Of a stretch of 64,000 nt of DNA, positions 1-10,075 are shown in pieces. Location of the stretch: NCBI GenBank assembly GCA_951406725.2, contig OX597837.1:44702001-44766000 (forward strand), given 5' to 3'. Numbering within the stretch: the first letter of the stretch is position 1; each line of letters starts with the position of its first letter. The notes beneath the pieces were generated by a model, which made no database searches, was not told the origin of the DNA, and saw nothing but the letters and a program-made list of their open reading frames with translations. This stretch comes from Octopus vulgaris. Taxonomy: Eukaryota. A program made the position numbers and the translations under genes.

Positions 1-155
1 CAACAAACCCAAATTTGAACACAATTGGCTTATTATGTTATTCTGTGCATCTACAGTCTTTAATATTCACAGGTGTTCACAGGTGAGTCAGTTAATTAGC
101 CTTGTTGACTGACATAGAGAAAAAGAAAAAGGAAGAACTAAAACAAAAGAAAATT

Positions 156-289
156 CTATCGATAGAAGGCATTGATGGCACGAGCAATGATAAGGCGTCG
201 GACTTCACTGGTGCCAGCACCGATTTCATAGAGTTTTGCATCACGAGTAATTCTTCCAACAGGGTAATCATTTATGTAACCATTTCCAC
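156..289 (-). CDS. IVD: IVD exon 12 (last coding exon, TAG at 156-158)
   Basis: TTCCAG|(G)[49 protein letters not shown] has Ala where MCAD/SCAD have the catalytic Glu, which fits IVD. The 12 exons sum to 1269 nt in one frame. Confidence 0.97.
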
Positions 290-487
290 CTGGAATTGAG
301 AATAGCAAGAATGGTAAGAGAAGGCAAATACTGAAGACCCAGGTTACATCACACTCAAATTAAACCCACAATATTTTCCACATTAAACTGTAGCTATTTC
401 AAATAGGGTGACATACATCTAACACTTAAAGGAAGTCTCTGAACAGTTATAAATAATTACAACTGTAGACATTTCAGTATATTTAAT

Positions 488-890
488 TTCTTTATTGCCC
501 ACAGAGGGCTAAACATAGAAAGGACAAACAAGGACAGAAAAAGGGATTAAGTCAATTACTAGTGTGCAACTGGTACTTATTTAATCAACTCCGAAAGGAT
601 GAAAGGCAAAGTTGACCTCGGTAGAATTTGAACTCAGAACGTAACAGCAGACGAAATACTCATTTCTTTACTAGCCACAAGGGGCTAAACACAGAGGGGA
701 CAAACAAGGACAGGCAAAGGGATTAAGTCGATTATATCAACCCCAGTGCGTAACTGGTACTTAATTTATCGACCCCGAAAGGATGAAAGGCAAAGTCAAC
801 CTCGGTGGAATTTGAACTCAGAACGTAACGGCAGACGAAATATTGCTAAGCATTTCGCCCGACGTGCTAACGATTCTGCCAGCTTGCTGC
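488..890 (-). mobile_element. tRNA-derived SINE family A (Nin/Deu-like central domain), dimer, in IVD intron 11
   Basis: Two consecutive copies of the ...cccgaaaggatgaaaggcaaagtcgacctcggcggaatttgaactcagaac... unit that recurs across the window. Reverse strand has a B-box (GAGTTCAAATTCC) and GCCTTTCATCCTTTCGGGGTCGATAAATTAAGTACCAG, which resembles the Nin domain. Confidence 0.8.
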
Positions 891-975
891 CCTATAGTTT
901 ATTGTTTCTCCTCTCTCTCTCTCTTTCTGACTCTCTTTCTTTCTCTCACTCTAGTGAGAAAAGGGGCTTACTCAC

Positions 976-1048
976 CAAGGATTTGAATAGCGTCCAAACC
1001 AACTTTTGTTGCTGCTTCAGCTACGTAGAGTATAGCACCTGCACAATC
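976..1048 (-). CDS. IVD: IVD exon 11
   Basis: TTATCAG|DCAGAILYVAEAATKVGLDAIQIL+G|GTGAGT; 73 nt; end of ORF 968..1480(-). Confidence 0.96.
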
Positions 1049-1167
1049 CTGATAAGATAGAATAAATATGTCTAAATATGGAAGAGACTTGTGATGGATG
1101 CATGCATGTATGGACAGATGGGCAGAGAGAGAGAGTGAGAGAGAGAGAGAGAAAGAGAAAGAAAGAC

Positions 1168-1202
<35 letters not shown>

Positions 1203-1240
1203 GAGAGACAGAGAGACAGACACAGACAGATAGATAGATA

Positions 1241-1680
1241 GAGTACAAGTATAGACATGTCAAGGTAGCCCAAAATTGTCACTGGCTCCTGTGCCAGAAG
1301 TAGGAATACAAAGTAATGGCTGCTTGGTACCAACATACACCAGGAAAAGTAATAGATAAAAATGGGGACGTTAAAATCCTCTGGGACCTTTGACTTCCAG
1401 ACAGACAAAGTGTTAGGGCACTGAAGGTTGGATACAGTAACCTTTTGGAAGGACAAGCAAGAATGCCCAATAATCAACATGGCAGTGCCAGGAGATCAAA
1501 ATATTATTATCATGAAAGAAAGAGAAAAAGTTGACAAACATGGAATCCTAAGAATTTTGGATCATGAAGATGTGGCAGCGATGAGATTCGAACATGAAAG
1601 CTGTCCCTGTTGTCATCAGAGCATTGGGTTCAATACTACCCAACCTTAAGAAACTTCTGGAAACTTTAGAAATACTCTAC
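1241..1680 (+). mobile_element. Decayed 3' fragment of an R4/Dong-like non-LTR retrotransposon (restriction-like endonuclease region), IVD intron 10
   Basis: Broken frames read YKYRHVKVAQNCHWLLCQK..WYQHTPGKVIDKNGDVKILWD..QTDK..INMAVPGD..KEREKVDK..VPVVIRALGSI, matching the RHD..WYxH..KILWD..DVAVP..EKxxKY..PVVIGALG layout. Confidence 0.75.
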
Positions 1681-1685
1681 TGTAT

Positions 1686-2180
1686 AGGCGTAGGAGTGGC
1701 TGTGTGGTAAGTGGTGGAAGCACTCCGTCGGTTACGACGACGAGGGTTCCGGTTGATCTGAATCAACGGAACAGCCTGCACGTGAAATTAACGTGTAAGT
1801 GGCTGAGCACTCCACAGACACGTGTACCCTTAACGTAGTTCTCGGGGATATTCAGCGTGACACAGAGAGTGACAAGGCCGGCCCTTTGAAATACAGGTAC
1901 AACAGAAACAGGAAGTAAGAGTGAGAGAAAGTTGTGGTGAAAGAGTACAGCAGGGATCACCACCATCCCCTGCCGGAGCCTCGTGGGGCTTTTAGATGTT
2001 TTTGTTCAATAAACACTCACAACGCCCGGTCTGGGAATCGAAACCGTGATCCTATGACTGCGAGTCCGCTGCCCTAACCACTGGGCCATTGCGCCTCCAC
2101 TTGTGTGGTAAGTAGTTTGCTTACCAACCACATGGTTCCAGGTTCAGTCCCACTGCACCTTGGACAAGTATCTTCTACGA
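1686..2180 (+). mobile_element. SINE family B head (GGCGTAGGAGTGGCTGTGTGGTAAG...) interrupted by a family C SINE
   Basis: Head 1686-1712 resumes at 2102. The same head occurs at 4876, 9207, 11282, 28956 and 37030(-). Confidence 0.8.
1713..2101 (-). mobile_element. Full-length tRNA-derived SINE family C with 12-bp TSD
   Basis: Near-identical to the reverse complement of 61935-62320; TSD TGTGTGGTAAGT at 1701-1712 and 2102-2113; A/B boxes TGGCCCAGTGG / GGTTTCGATTCC. Confidence 0.85.
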
Positions 2181-2416
2181 TAGCAGAATTTGAACTCAGA
2201 ACGTAACGGCAGACGAAATACCACTAAGCATTTCACCTGGTGTGCTAACGATTCTGCCAGCTTTCCACCTTAATAATAATAATGATAATAATAACAACAG
2301 TAGTAGTAGTATTAGGAGTAGTGGTGGTGGTGGTGGTGATGCCACAAGGGTAGCTGATAAGGGGGCATTAAAATGAGAAATTACAAAATAGCAAAATATT
2401 GAACTTGTCTACTTAC

Positions 2417-2521
2417 ATTAGGGGCCCTTGTACCTGCATCCAAAGCTTTGGCAACGTTATAAACATAGGAACGACACACATTTAGGGAACAGTACATATC
2501 AGCCATCTTTGATTGGATCAT
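2417..2521 (-). CDS. IVD: IVD exon 10
   Basis: TTTTACAG|[35 protein letters not shown]|GTAAGT; 105 nt. Confidence 0.96.
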
Positions 2522-2547
2522 CTGTAAAAAAAGTGAAGAATAACAGG

Positions 2548-3180
2548 TGGGTATGATTGTTGTAAGGGTGGAAGGGTACGATGAGCATGATCATCATTTT
2601 AACATCCTTTTTTTTCTTCAATGTATGGGGAGGAGGAGGAGGAAGGGAAAAAGGAAGAGGAAGGGAAAAAGAAAGGAAAAAGAAAAAAAGGAAAACGAAA
2701 GGGAAAAAGAAAGGAGGAAAGGAAAAAAGAAGGGAAAAAGGGGAAAAGAAGGAAAAAAGATGTGGCAGCGATGAGATTCAAACATGAAAGCTGTCCCTGT
2801 TGTCATCAGAGCATTGGGTTCAATACCACCCAGAAGGGAAAAAGGGGAAAAGAAGGGAAAGAGGAGGAAGGGAAAAAAGAAGGGGAAAAGGGGAAAAGAA
2901 GGAAAAAAGAAGGAGGAAGGGAAAAAAGGGAAAAGAAGGAAAAAAGGAGGAAGGGAAAAAAGAAGGGAAAAAGGGGAAAAGAAGGAAAAAAAGGAGGAAG
3001 GGAAAAAGGGGAAAAGAAGGAAAAAAGAAAAAAAGGAAAAAGGGAAAAAGTTGGGTATGATTGTTGTAAGGGTGGAAGGGTACGATGAGCATAATCATCA
3101 TTTTAACATCCTCTTTTTCTTCTATGTATGAGGAGGAGGAGGAGGAAGGGAAAAAGGAAGAGGAAAAGAAGAGGAAGAAG
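2548..3180. repeat. Purine-rich (G/A) low-complexity tract bracketed by a ~110-bp direct duplication (2548-2660 / 3053-3165), IVD intron 9
   Basis: gggtatgattgttgtaagggtggaagggtacgatgagcat... occurs twice; GGAAAA/AAGG-type repeats lie between the copies. Confidence 0.85.
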
Positions 3181-3222
3181 GAGAAACGATGCCTCCCACC
3201 CTTCTACGTTGCTGTTACCAAC

Positions 3223-3304
3223 CTGGTAGTGTCCGATTTTGGTGTTGAACTGTTCCCGGATGTGGGCGTACTCAAAGGCTACATCACAGCAGGCTTGCAT
3301 CAAC
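3223..3304 (-). CDS. IVD: IVD exon 9
   Basis: TTCCAG|(G)LMQACCDVAFEYAHIREQFNTKIGHYQ|GTTGGT; 82 nt; visible in ORF 3103..3321(-). Confidence 0.96.
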
Positions 3305-3465
3305 CTGGAATTAGTGAGCACACATACACTTGAAACGGAGCTGCAGTGGTATTGGTAGTGAATGGTGGTGGTGGTGGTGGTGGTAGTGGTGGTAGTGTGT
3401 AGTGATGGTAAGGTGATGTAGAGCTATTGGTCAGTGGTATGATAGACACAGGTTACATATTTTGC

Positions 3466-3832
3466 GTCCCCAAAATCCATCCCCTCCTCACTGTGGTGGG
3501 GGACGCTGGCAACGGGTAGTGTCAAAGCTATGCCGTCGGGAACTTCGGTTCCTGGTAGGGCCACCCAAGGCGGTTTGGTCTGACACCGAGTGGTATTAGG
3601 GCCACAACCCGGCAGACAGGGCTCTGGTGAAAATCCTCAGAGTGTCTGTGTCCCCAAAGTCCATCCCCTCCTCACTGTGGTGGGGACGTTGGCAACGGGT
3701 AGTGTCAGAGCTATGCTGTCAGGAACTTCGGTTCCTGATAGGGCCATCCAAGGCGGATTGGTCTGACACTGAGTGGTATTAGGGCCACAACCCGAAAGAC
3801 GGGGCTCCGGTGAAAATCCTCGGAGTGTCTGT
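3466..3832 (+). repeat. Tandem 2 x ~184-bp structured unit, probable RTE-like retroelement 5' end, IVD intron 8 (antisense)
   Basis: Copies 3466-3649 and 3650-3832. Each has a cUUCGg hairpin and a GGGCCA(C/T)CCAAGGCGG motif resembling RTE/BovB 5' UTRs (recalled). Confidence 0.65.
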
Positions 3833-4086
3833 TTCGGCAACCGGCGGCTCCTCGGTCGTTCTGTCCCTGCGTCTGCAGATAATCTGCAGCAAACAGGATG
3901 TCTCTATTTGTGGGATTGTTGGGGACTGCTTGTGAAATCCACATATTCTCACGAAACTTCTTCCATGGTAGAAGAAGCCGACACAACCCGCCCAGGGTGA
4001 ATGTCGCCACAAGTACAGGTAAGTAGTTACATGTTTAGAGATACAGAGACACAAGGCATATAGAGATAAGTTTAAGTTTAACTAAC

Positions 4087-4180
4087 CCCAAGGGTCCACC
4101 GGCAAGGACCAGCCGTTCGTAATCCAAACCACTCATTAGAACATAAACTCCTCCGTTTTTGGCACCAAGCATGTTCTCCA
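4087..4180 (-). CDS. IVD: IVD exon 8 (contains catalytic Glu in LDYERL)
   Basis: TTTCAG|(V)[30 protein letters not shown]+GG|GTTAGT; 94 nt. The Glu position matches the IVD/LCAD-type catalytic base. Confidence 0.97.
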
Positions 4181-4257
4181 CTGAAATCAAAGAGAAACAA
4201 CATTACAATTTAAGCAAAATATGTGATGATGATGATGATGATGCAATTACCTGGCAA

Positions 4258-4558
4258 GTGGAGGCACATGGCCTAGTGGCTAGAGCAGTGACTCGCGGTC
4301 GTGGGGATCGCGGGTTTGAATCTCAGACCAGGTGATGTGTGTGTTTATGAGCGAAACACCTAAGCTCCACGCGGTTCCGGCAGAAGGAAAATGGCGAAAC
4401 TTCTGCTGACTCTTTCGCCACAACTTTCTCTCATTCTTTCCTCCTGCATCTTGCAGCTCACCTGTAACGGACCGGCGTCCCATCCAGGTGGGGAACCTAT
4501 ACGCCAAGGAAACCGGCCCTTATGAGCCAGGTATGGCTCGAGAAGGAACAAACAACGA
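4258..4558 (+). mobile_element. tRNA-derived SINE family D (shares head with family C), IVD intron 7
   Basis: GTGGAGGCACATGGCCTAGTGG head, B-box, and 3' end GGCTCGAGAAGGAACAAACAAC; copies at 9767-10075(-), 58901-59203(-), 59300-59606(-). Confidence 0.85.
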
Positions 4559-4734
4559 CCGCGATTCCGTAGTAGTAGGGGTGGTGGTAGTGGTAGTAGT
4601 GACTGTAGTTGTGGTGTTAGTTGGTCATGGCAGTAGAAATAGTGCTACAGATTGTGGTGGTGCTAGTAGTAGTAGTAGTAACAATAGCAGTAATAAAAAA
4701 ATTCAGAAAGTGATGAAATCGCAAGGACTAATAC

Positions 4735-4831
4735 CTGGTATTTTACAACCTTCGAAGATCAATTCACAAGTGCTGGAGCCACGCATTCCAAGTTTGTCGA
4801 GTTTAGGTCCCGTTGAGAAACCAGGCATATT
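4735..4831 (-). CDS. IVD: IVD exon 7
   Basis: TTTTCAG|[32 protein letters not shown]+G|GTATTA; 97 nt. Confidence 0.97.
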
Positions 4832-4875
4832 CTGAAAATGGAAGGAGATCATGGAATAAGAGATTTATTTAGAGT

Positions 4876-5051
4876 AGGGATAGGAGTGGCTGTGTGGTAA
4901 GTAGCTTGCTTAAGTAACTTGCACATGGTTCCAAGTTCAGTCCCACTGCGTGGCACCTTGGACAAGTGTCTTCTGCTATAGCCTCAGGCTGACCAAAGCC
5001 TTGTGAGTGGATTTGGTAGACGGAAACTGTAAGAAGTCCGTCATATATATG

Positions 5052-5083
<32 letters not shown>

Positions 5084-5295
5084 CGTGTGTGTATTTTATC
5101 CCCTCCTCCATCACCACTTGACAACTAATGTCGGTGTGTTTACATCCCTGTAACTTAACGGTTCAGCAAAAAGGGGCCAATAAAATAAGTCCCAGGCATA
5201 CAAAGAATAAGTCCTAGTGGGGGTTGATTTGTTCGATTAAAATCTTTCAAGGTGGTGCTCCAGCATGGCCGCAGTCAAATGACTGAAACAAGAAG
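4876..5295 (+). mobile_element. SINE family B, near full length, with internal (TA)n(TG)n
   Basis: tRNA-like head, CCTTGG(G/A)CAAGT CORE-like box, internal microsatellite, 3' CAGCATGGCCGCAGTCAAATGACTGAAACAAG. Confidence 0.85.
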
Positions 5296-5379
5296 AAACA
5301 AGAAAACACACACACACTCACACAAAAAAAATTATTGTATGTACGTAAATATAAACACAAGCTTTCAGAAAGTTCTTAC

Positions 5380-5516
5380 CTTCTCTACTAGAAAGGCTGA
5401 AATACCATGTTGAGGTTTTACATTATCAGGATCAGTCTTAGCATAAACTACTAACACGTCAGCATCTGGGCCGTTTGTAATCCAAAACTTGTTTCCTGTC
5501 AGTTCATAATGGTCAC
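5380..5516 (-). CDS. IVD: IVD exon 6
   Basis: CCAG|(G)[45 protein letters not shown]|GTAAGA; 137 nt; KFWITNG motif. Confidence 0.97.
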
Positions 5517-5610
5517 CTGGTCAAAGAAATATTTGCATCAATATATTTCATAATCACATACGCATACACACACACTAATATGTGTACACACACAAGCACA
5601 CTGTTATTAA

Positions 5611-5980
5611 ATTAATGCATTCGAGCTTTGGTGTTGAAGAAGACTTTTACGGATTCCATGGACAGCGAGGCTCAACAATGGAGAAGTTCTTAAGCAGATT
5701 AGGCCGAAAATGTCGCTAGAAGCTAGGATCACCAAGCATAGATTGGCATATTTTGGTCATATCATGAGGAGAAAATCCCTGGAGAAGGACATCATGCTCG
5801 GAATGGTCAGTGGCAAGAGAGGAAGAGGCCAATCAAGAACCCGCTGGCTTGACACCATCAAGAGGGATACCGGAATGGACATAGCCAATCTGAAAGAAGC
5901 GGCCCAGGATAGAACTGACTGGAGGACACTGATCCAACGAGTGACTGAGAGTCGACTTCGACTGAGCGGATAGATAGACA
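5611..5980 (+). mobile_element. RTE/BovB-like LINE 3' end, IVD intron 5
   Basis: INAFELWC*RRLLRIPWTAR..MSLEARITKHRLAYFGHIMRR..LEKDIMLGMVSGKRGRGQSRTRWLDTIK..DRTDWR..SRLRLSG*: typical RTE ORF C-terminus. Confidence 0.9.
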
Positions 5981-6049
5981 GAGTTATAGTATGTATACAC
6001 ACATTTTTAGTTTGTACCATAATCACAAGACTAACATTTCAATATTAGT

Positions 6050-6551
6050 ATGTACCATAAATCGCATTTTTTCCCCAAAATTTAACGGTCAAAATCCTTA
6101 GTGCGTACTATATACGAGGTTAAAAATGAAAAATATTTTCTAAGCAATGTCCGAGTCTCTATTTGCTGTCCGGCAATGTTTATTCAGATGCATTTTGTGA
6201 TGTCCATGAAAATACCTTAAGCTAAGCCTGAAAGCAATGAAGTCCTAAAAGAATCATCCATAACTTGCAATAAGCAACATTTATTAAACGTTATTACTGT
6301 TATTTCTTTATTTTCTGCAAACAAAATGCACAAAAAAGCTACACGTTTGCATTATGTTATATATACAATATTAATAAAGGACGTTACCGTATACATTTTT
6401 AGAAACCAAGGACGTTATATAGACCTCTTTGACTCAAGTTAGAGAAGGGGTGCGCATTATACACAAGGTTTAGGTTTTTCAGAGGTACAGCCCTCTAAAA
6501 ATCCCCTGCGTATTATACTCAAGGGCGGACTATACTCGAGGATTTACAGTA
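6050..6551. mobile_element. Partial Tc1/mariner-type non-autonomous DNA element (right TIR retained)
   Basis: Repeated subterminal motifs TGCG(T/C)A(C/T)TATA(T/C)ACGAGG at both ends; right end ...ctatactcgaggatttacag-TA. The left terminus is not clear. Confidence 0.45.
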
Positions 6552-6607
6552 TGTGTAGACATACACATACAAAGGTCAATATCAGATCAATATTCAATTT
6601 ACATGTA

Positions 6608-6935
6608 TGTACTAATAGCGAACGGTGGTCCCGGTGCGCGCACTCGTGCAAGCTAGTCGTGAGTAGTCGATCCTAGAACGACTTGCGCGTATGTTTGTAT
6701 TTCAAGGCTGAATACATATCAAAGAAAATTAAATAATATTTTTCGAACAAAAGTAGATAAAACGCAAAGTAAATAATTTTTAAAATTAAGTAAATAATTT
6801 ATTTTTATAAACAAACTAGGGTTAGGGTTATGGTTAAAAAATTAGGGTTAACAGTCGTTGTAGGATCGACTACTTACGACTAGCTAGCGCGGATGCGCGA
6901 GGGCGCGCACCGGGCCACTGTTCGCTAGTAGTACC
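6608..6935. mobile_element. MITE with long imperfect TIRs, 9-bp TSD and internal TTAGGG repeats (Merlin-like)
   Basis: TIR (t/g)GTACTA(A/C)TAGCGAAC..GTAGTCGATCCTA at both ends; TSD TTACATGTA at 6599-6607 and 6936-6944; tagggttagggtta at ~6817-6830. Confidence 0.8.
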
Positions 6936-6996
6936 TTACATGTAAATATGCATAGATACACATTATCATATCAACGTTGTCATAACAAAATGTGTG

Positions 6997-7044
<48 letters not shown>

Positions 7045-7503
7045 CACACACACACATACACACGCACGCACATACACACATTAACCCAATAACGTTCAAT
7101 TCACAATCCTTTATATGACGTATGTGGCAACGTGTCAAAGGAGAGGGGAGATAATTTCCACAAATTGTCTCCCCTTTCGTTTTAAGCATCGCCAATGATT
7201 TACTACAAAGTTTTTTATCTTCTTTCTCCATCAAAAAGGAAAATTTGAATTAAAACTCAAGAATTACTTCGCGTGTATGGCAAACACTTCAATGTCACAC
7301 GTTAAATTATCGATCAGAATCCTTTTGAGTCATTTTCCTTCGCATATTATATTTTTTAAAAAACAAAAACATTAGTTTGTGATTCAAGCTGGGAGACGTC
7401 ATGGTTTGAACCTTTAATCATAGGATTGCTTCGTTCAAATTCATCCGGTTTTAAATAGTACAACTATTAACACAACATCACTGAGTATCTGAGCAGAGAT
7501 TCA

Positions 7504-7921
7504 GGATCTTTTCGGTTTAAACGGCAGTTTTTTCTAGCGGTGTCATATGAAATTGTCACCCATAATTATGACCCTAGTATCGATCTATTGCATTTCAATC
7601 TGTTTTAGGGTTAGGGTTAGGAGTGGGGGGAAGGGTATCGTCTGTCCTTCACAAATGTAAATAAACCCAATCTGTTTCTTAAACGAGGGACATAGTCATA
7701 CGGCACAGAATGTTTTTTTTTACCTCAATAGACGTCATTGATTGGTTGAAATTACAGAAATTGAAGAAAAAACAACAAATATCTTACAAACTATAGAATT
7801 TTCTCAATAAAGCCAAAAGAAAAAGATGTTTTATAAACACATTCTACTAGTATACGAAGTTTAAAATTTTTTAGTTACCTAGAAATTATGTTAAAAACTG
7901 CCGTTCAAACCGAAAAGATCC
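7504..7921. mobile_element. MITE with 29-bp TIRs, 8-bp TSD and internal TTAGGG repeats (Merlin-like)
   Basis: TIR GGATCTTTTCGGTTT(A/G)AACGGCAGTTTTT; TSD GAGATTCA at 7496-7503 and 7922-7929; ttagggttagggttagg at ~7605-7621. Confidence 0.85.
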
Positions 7922-7995
7922 GAGATTCAACATGTGACATGAGACATTCAAGCATTTAGACAGACAGATACACACCAACGCTGCACAAGTGTTAC

Positions 7996-8089
7996 CTTTA
8001 AATACAGCTTTGAGCTTCATAGAGACAACATCGGATCCACTTCCTGGTTCACTCATGGCTAAAGCACCTATATGTTCACCTGATATTAA
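7996..8089 (-). CDS. IVD: IVD exon 5
   Basis: TTTCCAG|[31 protein letters not shown]+G|GTAAC; 94 nt; acyl-CoA dehydrogenase signature ALAMSEPxxGSD. Confidence 0.97.
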
Positions 8090-8294
8090 CTGGAAATAGA
8101 ATGTAAAACGAATATTAGGTTGTTTGTTGTTTCATCCGGTGTGCTAACGTTTCTTATTTCTTTATTGCCCACAAGGGGCTAAACATAGAGGGGACAAACA
8201 AGGACAGACAAAGGGATTAAGTCAATTACATCGACCTCCAGTGCGTAACTGGTACTTAATTTATCAACCCCGAAAGGATGAAAGGCAAAGTCGA

Positions 8295-8893
8295 AAGGAA
8301 GACATGGGATGAGGTGGTGAAGCATGACCTTCAAAGTTTGGGCCTCACAGAGGCAATGACGAAGAACGGAGACCTCTGGAGATATGCTGTGACAGCAAAG
8401 ACCCAGCAAATAAAATGAATTCATGGCTGTATCCTACACCGGTTTCGCATAACCAGCCCCAGCCCATTCAAAAGTACCTTGGATTGTAGGGCGTTATGCT
8501 GTGCTTGAGGAAACCTATTGAGTCAAGTACATAAACATCAAAATGAAAGTCAAATGGAAATTGTAGTTGTGATCCCTGTGCTGGTGGCACGTAAAAAGCA
8601 CCATCCGAACGTGGCCGATGCCAGTGCCGCCTTGACTGGCTTTTGTGCCGGTGGCACGTAAAAAGCACCAACCGATCGTGGACGTTGCCAGCCTCCTCTG
8701 GCCCCTGTGCTGGTGGCACGTAAAAAGCACCAACTACACTCACGGAGTGGTAGGCGTTAGGAAGGGCATCCAGCTGTAAAAATACTGCCAGATCAGACTG
8801 GAGCCTGATGCAGCCTCCTGGCTTCCCAGACCCCAGTCGAACCGTCCAACCCATGCTAGCATGGAAAACTGATGTTAAACGATGACGATGATG
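8295..8893 (+). mobile_element. RTE-like LINE 3' end with 3' UTR carrying ~65-bp repeats (GGTGGCACGTAAAAAGCACC) and (GAT)n tail (family E), IVD intron 4
   Basis: RKTWDEVVKHDLQSLGLTEAMTKNGDLWRYAVTAKT.. followed by three internal repeats and a GATGATG tail. UTR-only copies at 12035-12220(-), 13190-13470(-) and 14308-14617(+). Confidence 0.75.
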
Positions 8894-8948
8894 AAAACAA
8901 GTGTATTCCAACAGAAATATGGTCCCTAAAGGGTTAAAATAAACATAC

Positions 8949-9118
8949 TTTTGGCAGATATTTGTCTTTCTGTGCTTGCGTTCCATTCCGTACAATTTGG
9001 TTGACACAAAGGTTGGAGTGGGCCCCATAACTGAGAGCAATGGCGCCACATGCTCGTGACATCTCTTCCATAATAATACAATGATCAAGGTAGCCACCTT
9101 CTGAACCTCCAAACTCAC
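8949..9118 (-). CDS. IVD: IVD exon 4
   Basis: TTTGCAG|(G)[56 protein letters not shown]|GTATGT; 170 nt; IVD-typical [10 protein letters not shown] motif. Confidence 0.97.
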
Positions 9119-9206
9119 CTGCAAAAGTAAAATCTCATCATTAGAAGAGCAGGACAAGAACGGTGAAGAATGATGACAAGAGGACATTGTATAGTGACGT
9201 TATGTA

Positions 9207-9368
9207 GGCGTAGGAGTGGTTGTGTGGTAAGTAGCTTGCTTATGAACTGCATGGTTCCAGGTTCAGTCCCACTGTGTGGTACCTTGGGCAAGTGTCTTCT
9301 TCTATAGCCTCAGGCCGACCAAAGCCTTGTGAGTAGATTTGGTAGACAGAAACTGAAAAGAGCCCGTC

Positions 9369-9402
<34 letters not shown>

Positions 9403-9745
9403 AGTGGCTGTGTGGTAAGTAGCTTGCTTACAAACTGCATGGCACCTTGGGCAAGTGCCTTCTACTATAGCCTCGGGCTGATGAAAGCCTTGTGAGTGGA
9501 TTTGGTAGACAGAAACTGAAAGAAGCCAGTCGTATATATGTATATATATATGTATGTGTGTGTGTATATGTTTGTGTGTCTGTGTTTGTCCCCCCAACAT
9601 CGCTTGACAACCGATGCTGGTGTGTTTACGTCCCTGTAACTTAGGCGTTCAGCAAAAGAGACCGATAGAATAAGTTCTAGGCTTACGAAGAATAAGTCCT
9701 GGGGTCGATTTGCTCGACTAAAGGTAGTGCTCCAGCATGGCCACA
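9207..9745 (+). mobile_element. SINE family B with duplicated head, IVD intron 3
   Basis: Head at 9207 and again at 9401, then body to ...ccagcatggccac. Confidence 0.8.
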
Positions 9746-9766
9746 CACATATATCATGGTATCATG

Positions 9767-10075
9767 TTTGTTTGTTTGTTCCTTCTCGAGCCACGCCTGG
9801 CCCATAAGGGCCGGTTTCCCGGCTTCTTTGGCGTATAGGTTCCCCACCTGGACGGGACGCCGGTCCGTCACAGGTGAGCTGCAAAGATGCAGGAGGAAAG
9901 AGTGAGAGAAAGTTGTGGCGAAAGAGTCAGCAGAGGTTTGCCATTACCTTCTGCCGGAGCCGCGTGGAGCTTAGGTGTTTCGCTTATAAACACACACACC
10001 GCCCAGTCTGAGATTTGAACCCGCAATCCCTCGACCGTGAGTCCACTGCTCTAACCACTAGGCCATGTGCCTCCA
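9767..10075 (-). mobile_element. SINE family D with 12-bp TSD
   Basis: Reverse complement of 4258-4558; TSD CATGGTATCATG at 9755-9766 and 10076-10087. Confidence 0.85.

Noticed and set aside
1763-1966. Duplicated 67-aa ORF (also 62069..62272) suggesting a small gene family
   Set aside because: Both lie within copies of the same non-coding SINE family C.
2547-3131. Lys/Glu/Arg/Gly-rich ORFs
   Set aside because: Translations of a purine tract inside IVD intron 9.
8468-9187. 239-aa minus-strand ORF
   Set aside because: Off-frame overlap with IVD exon 4 running into the antisense of an RTE-derived repeat.
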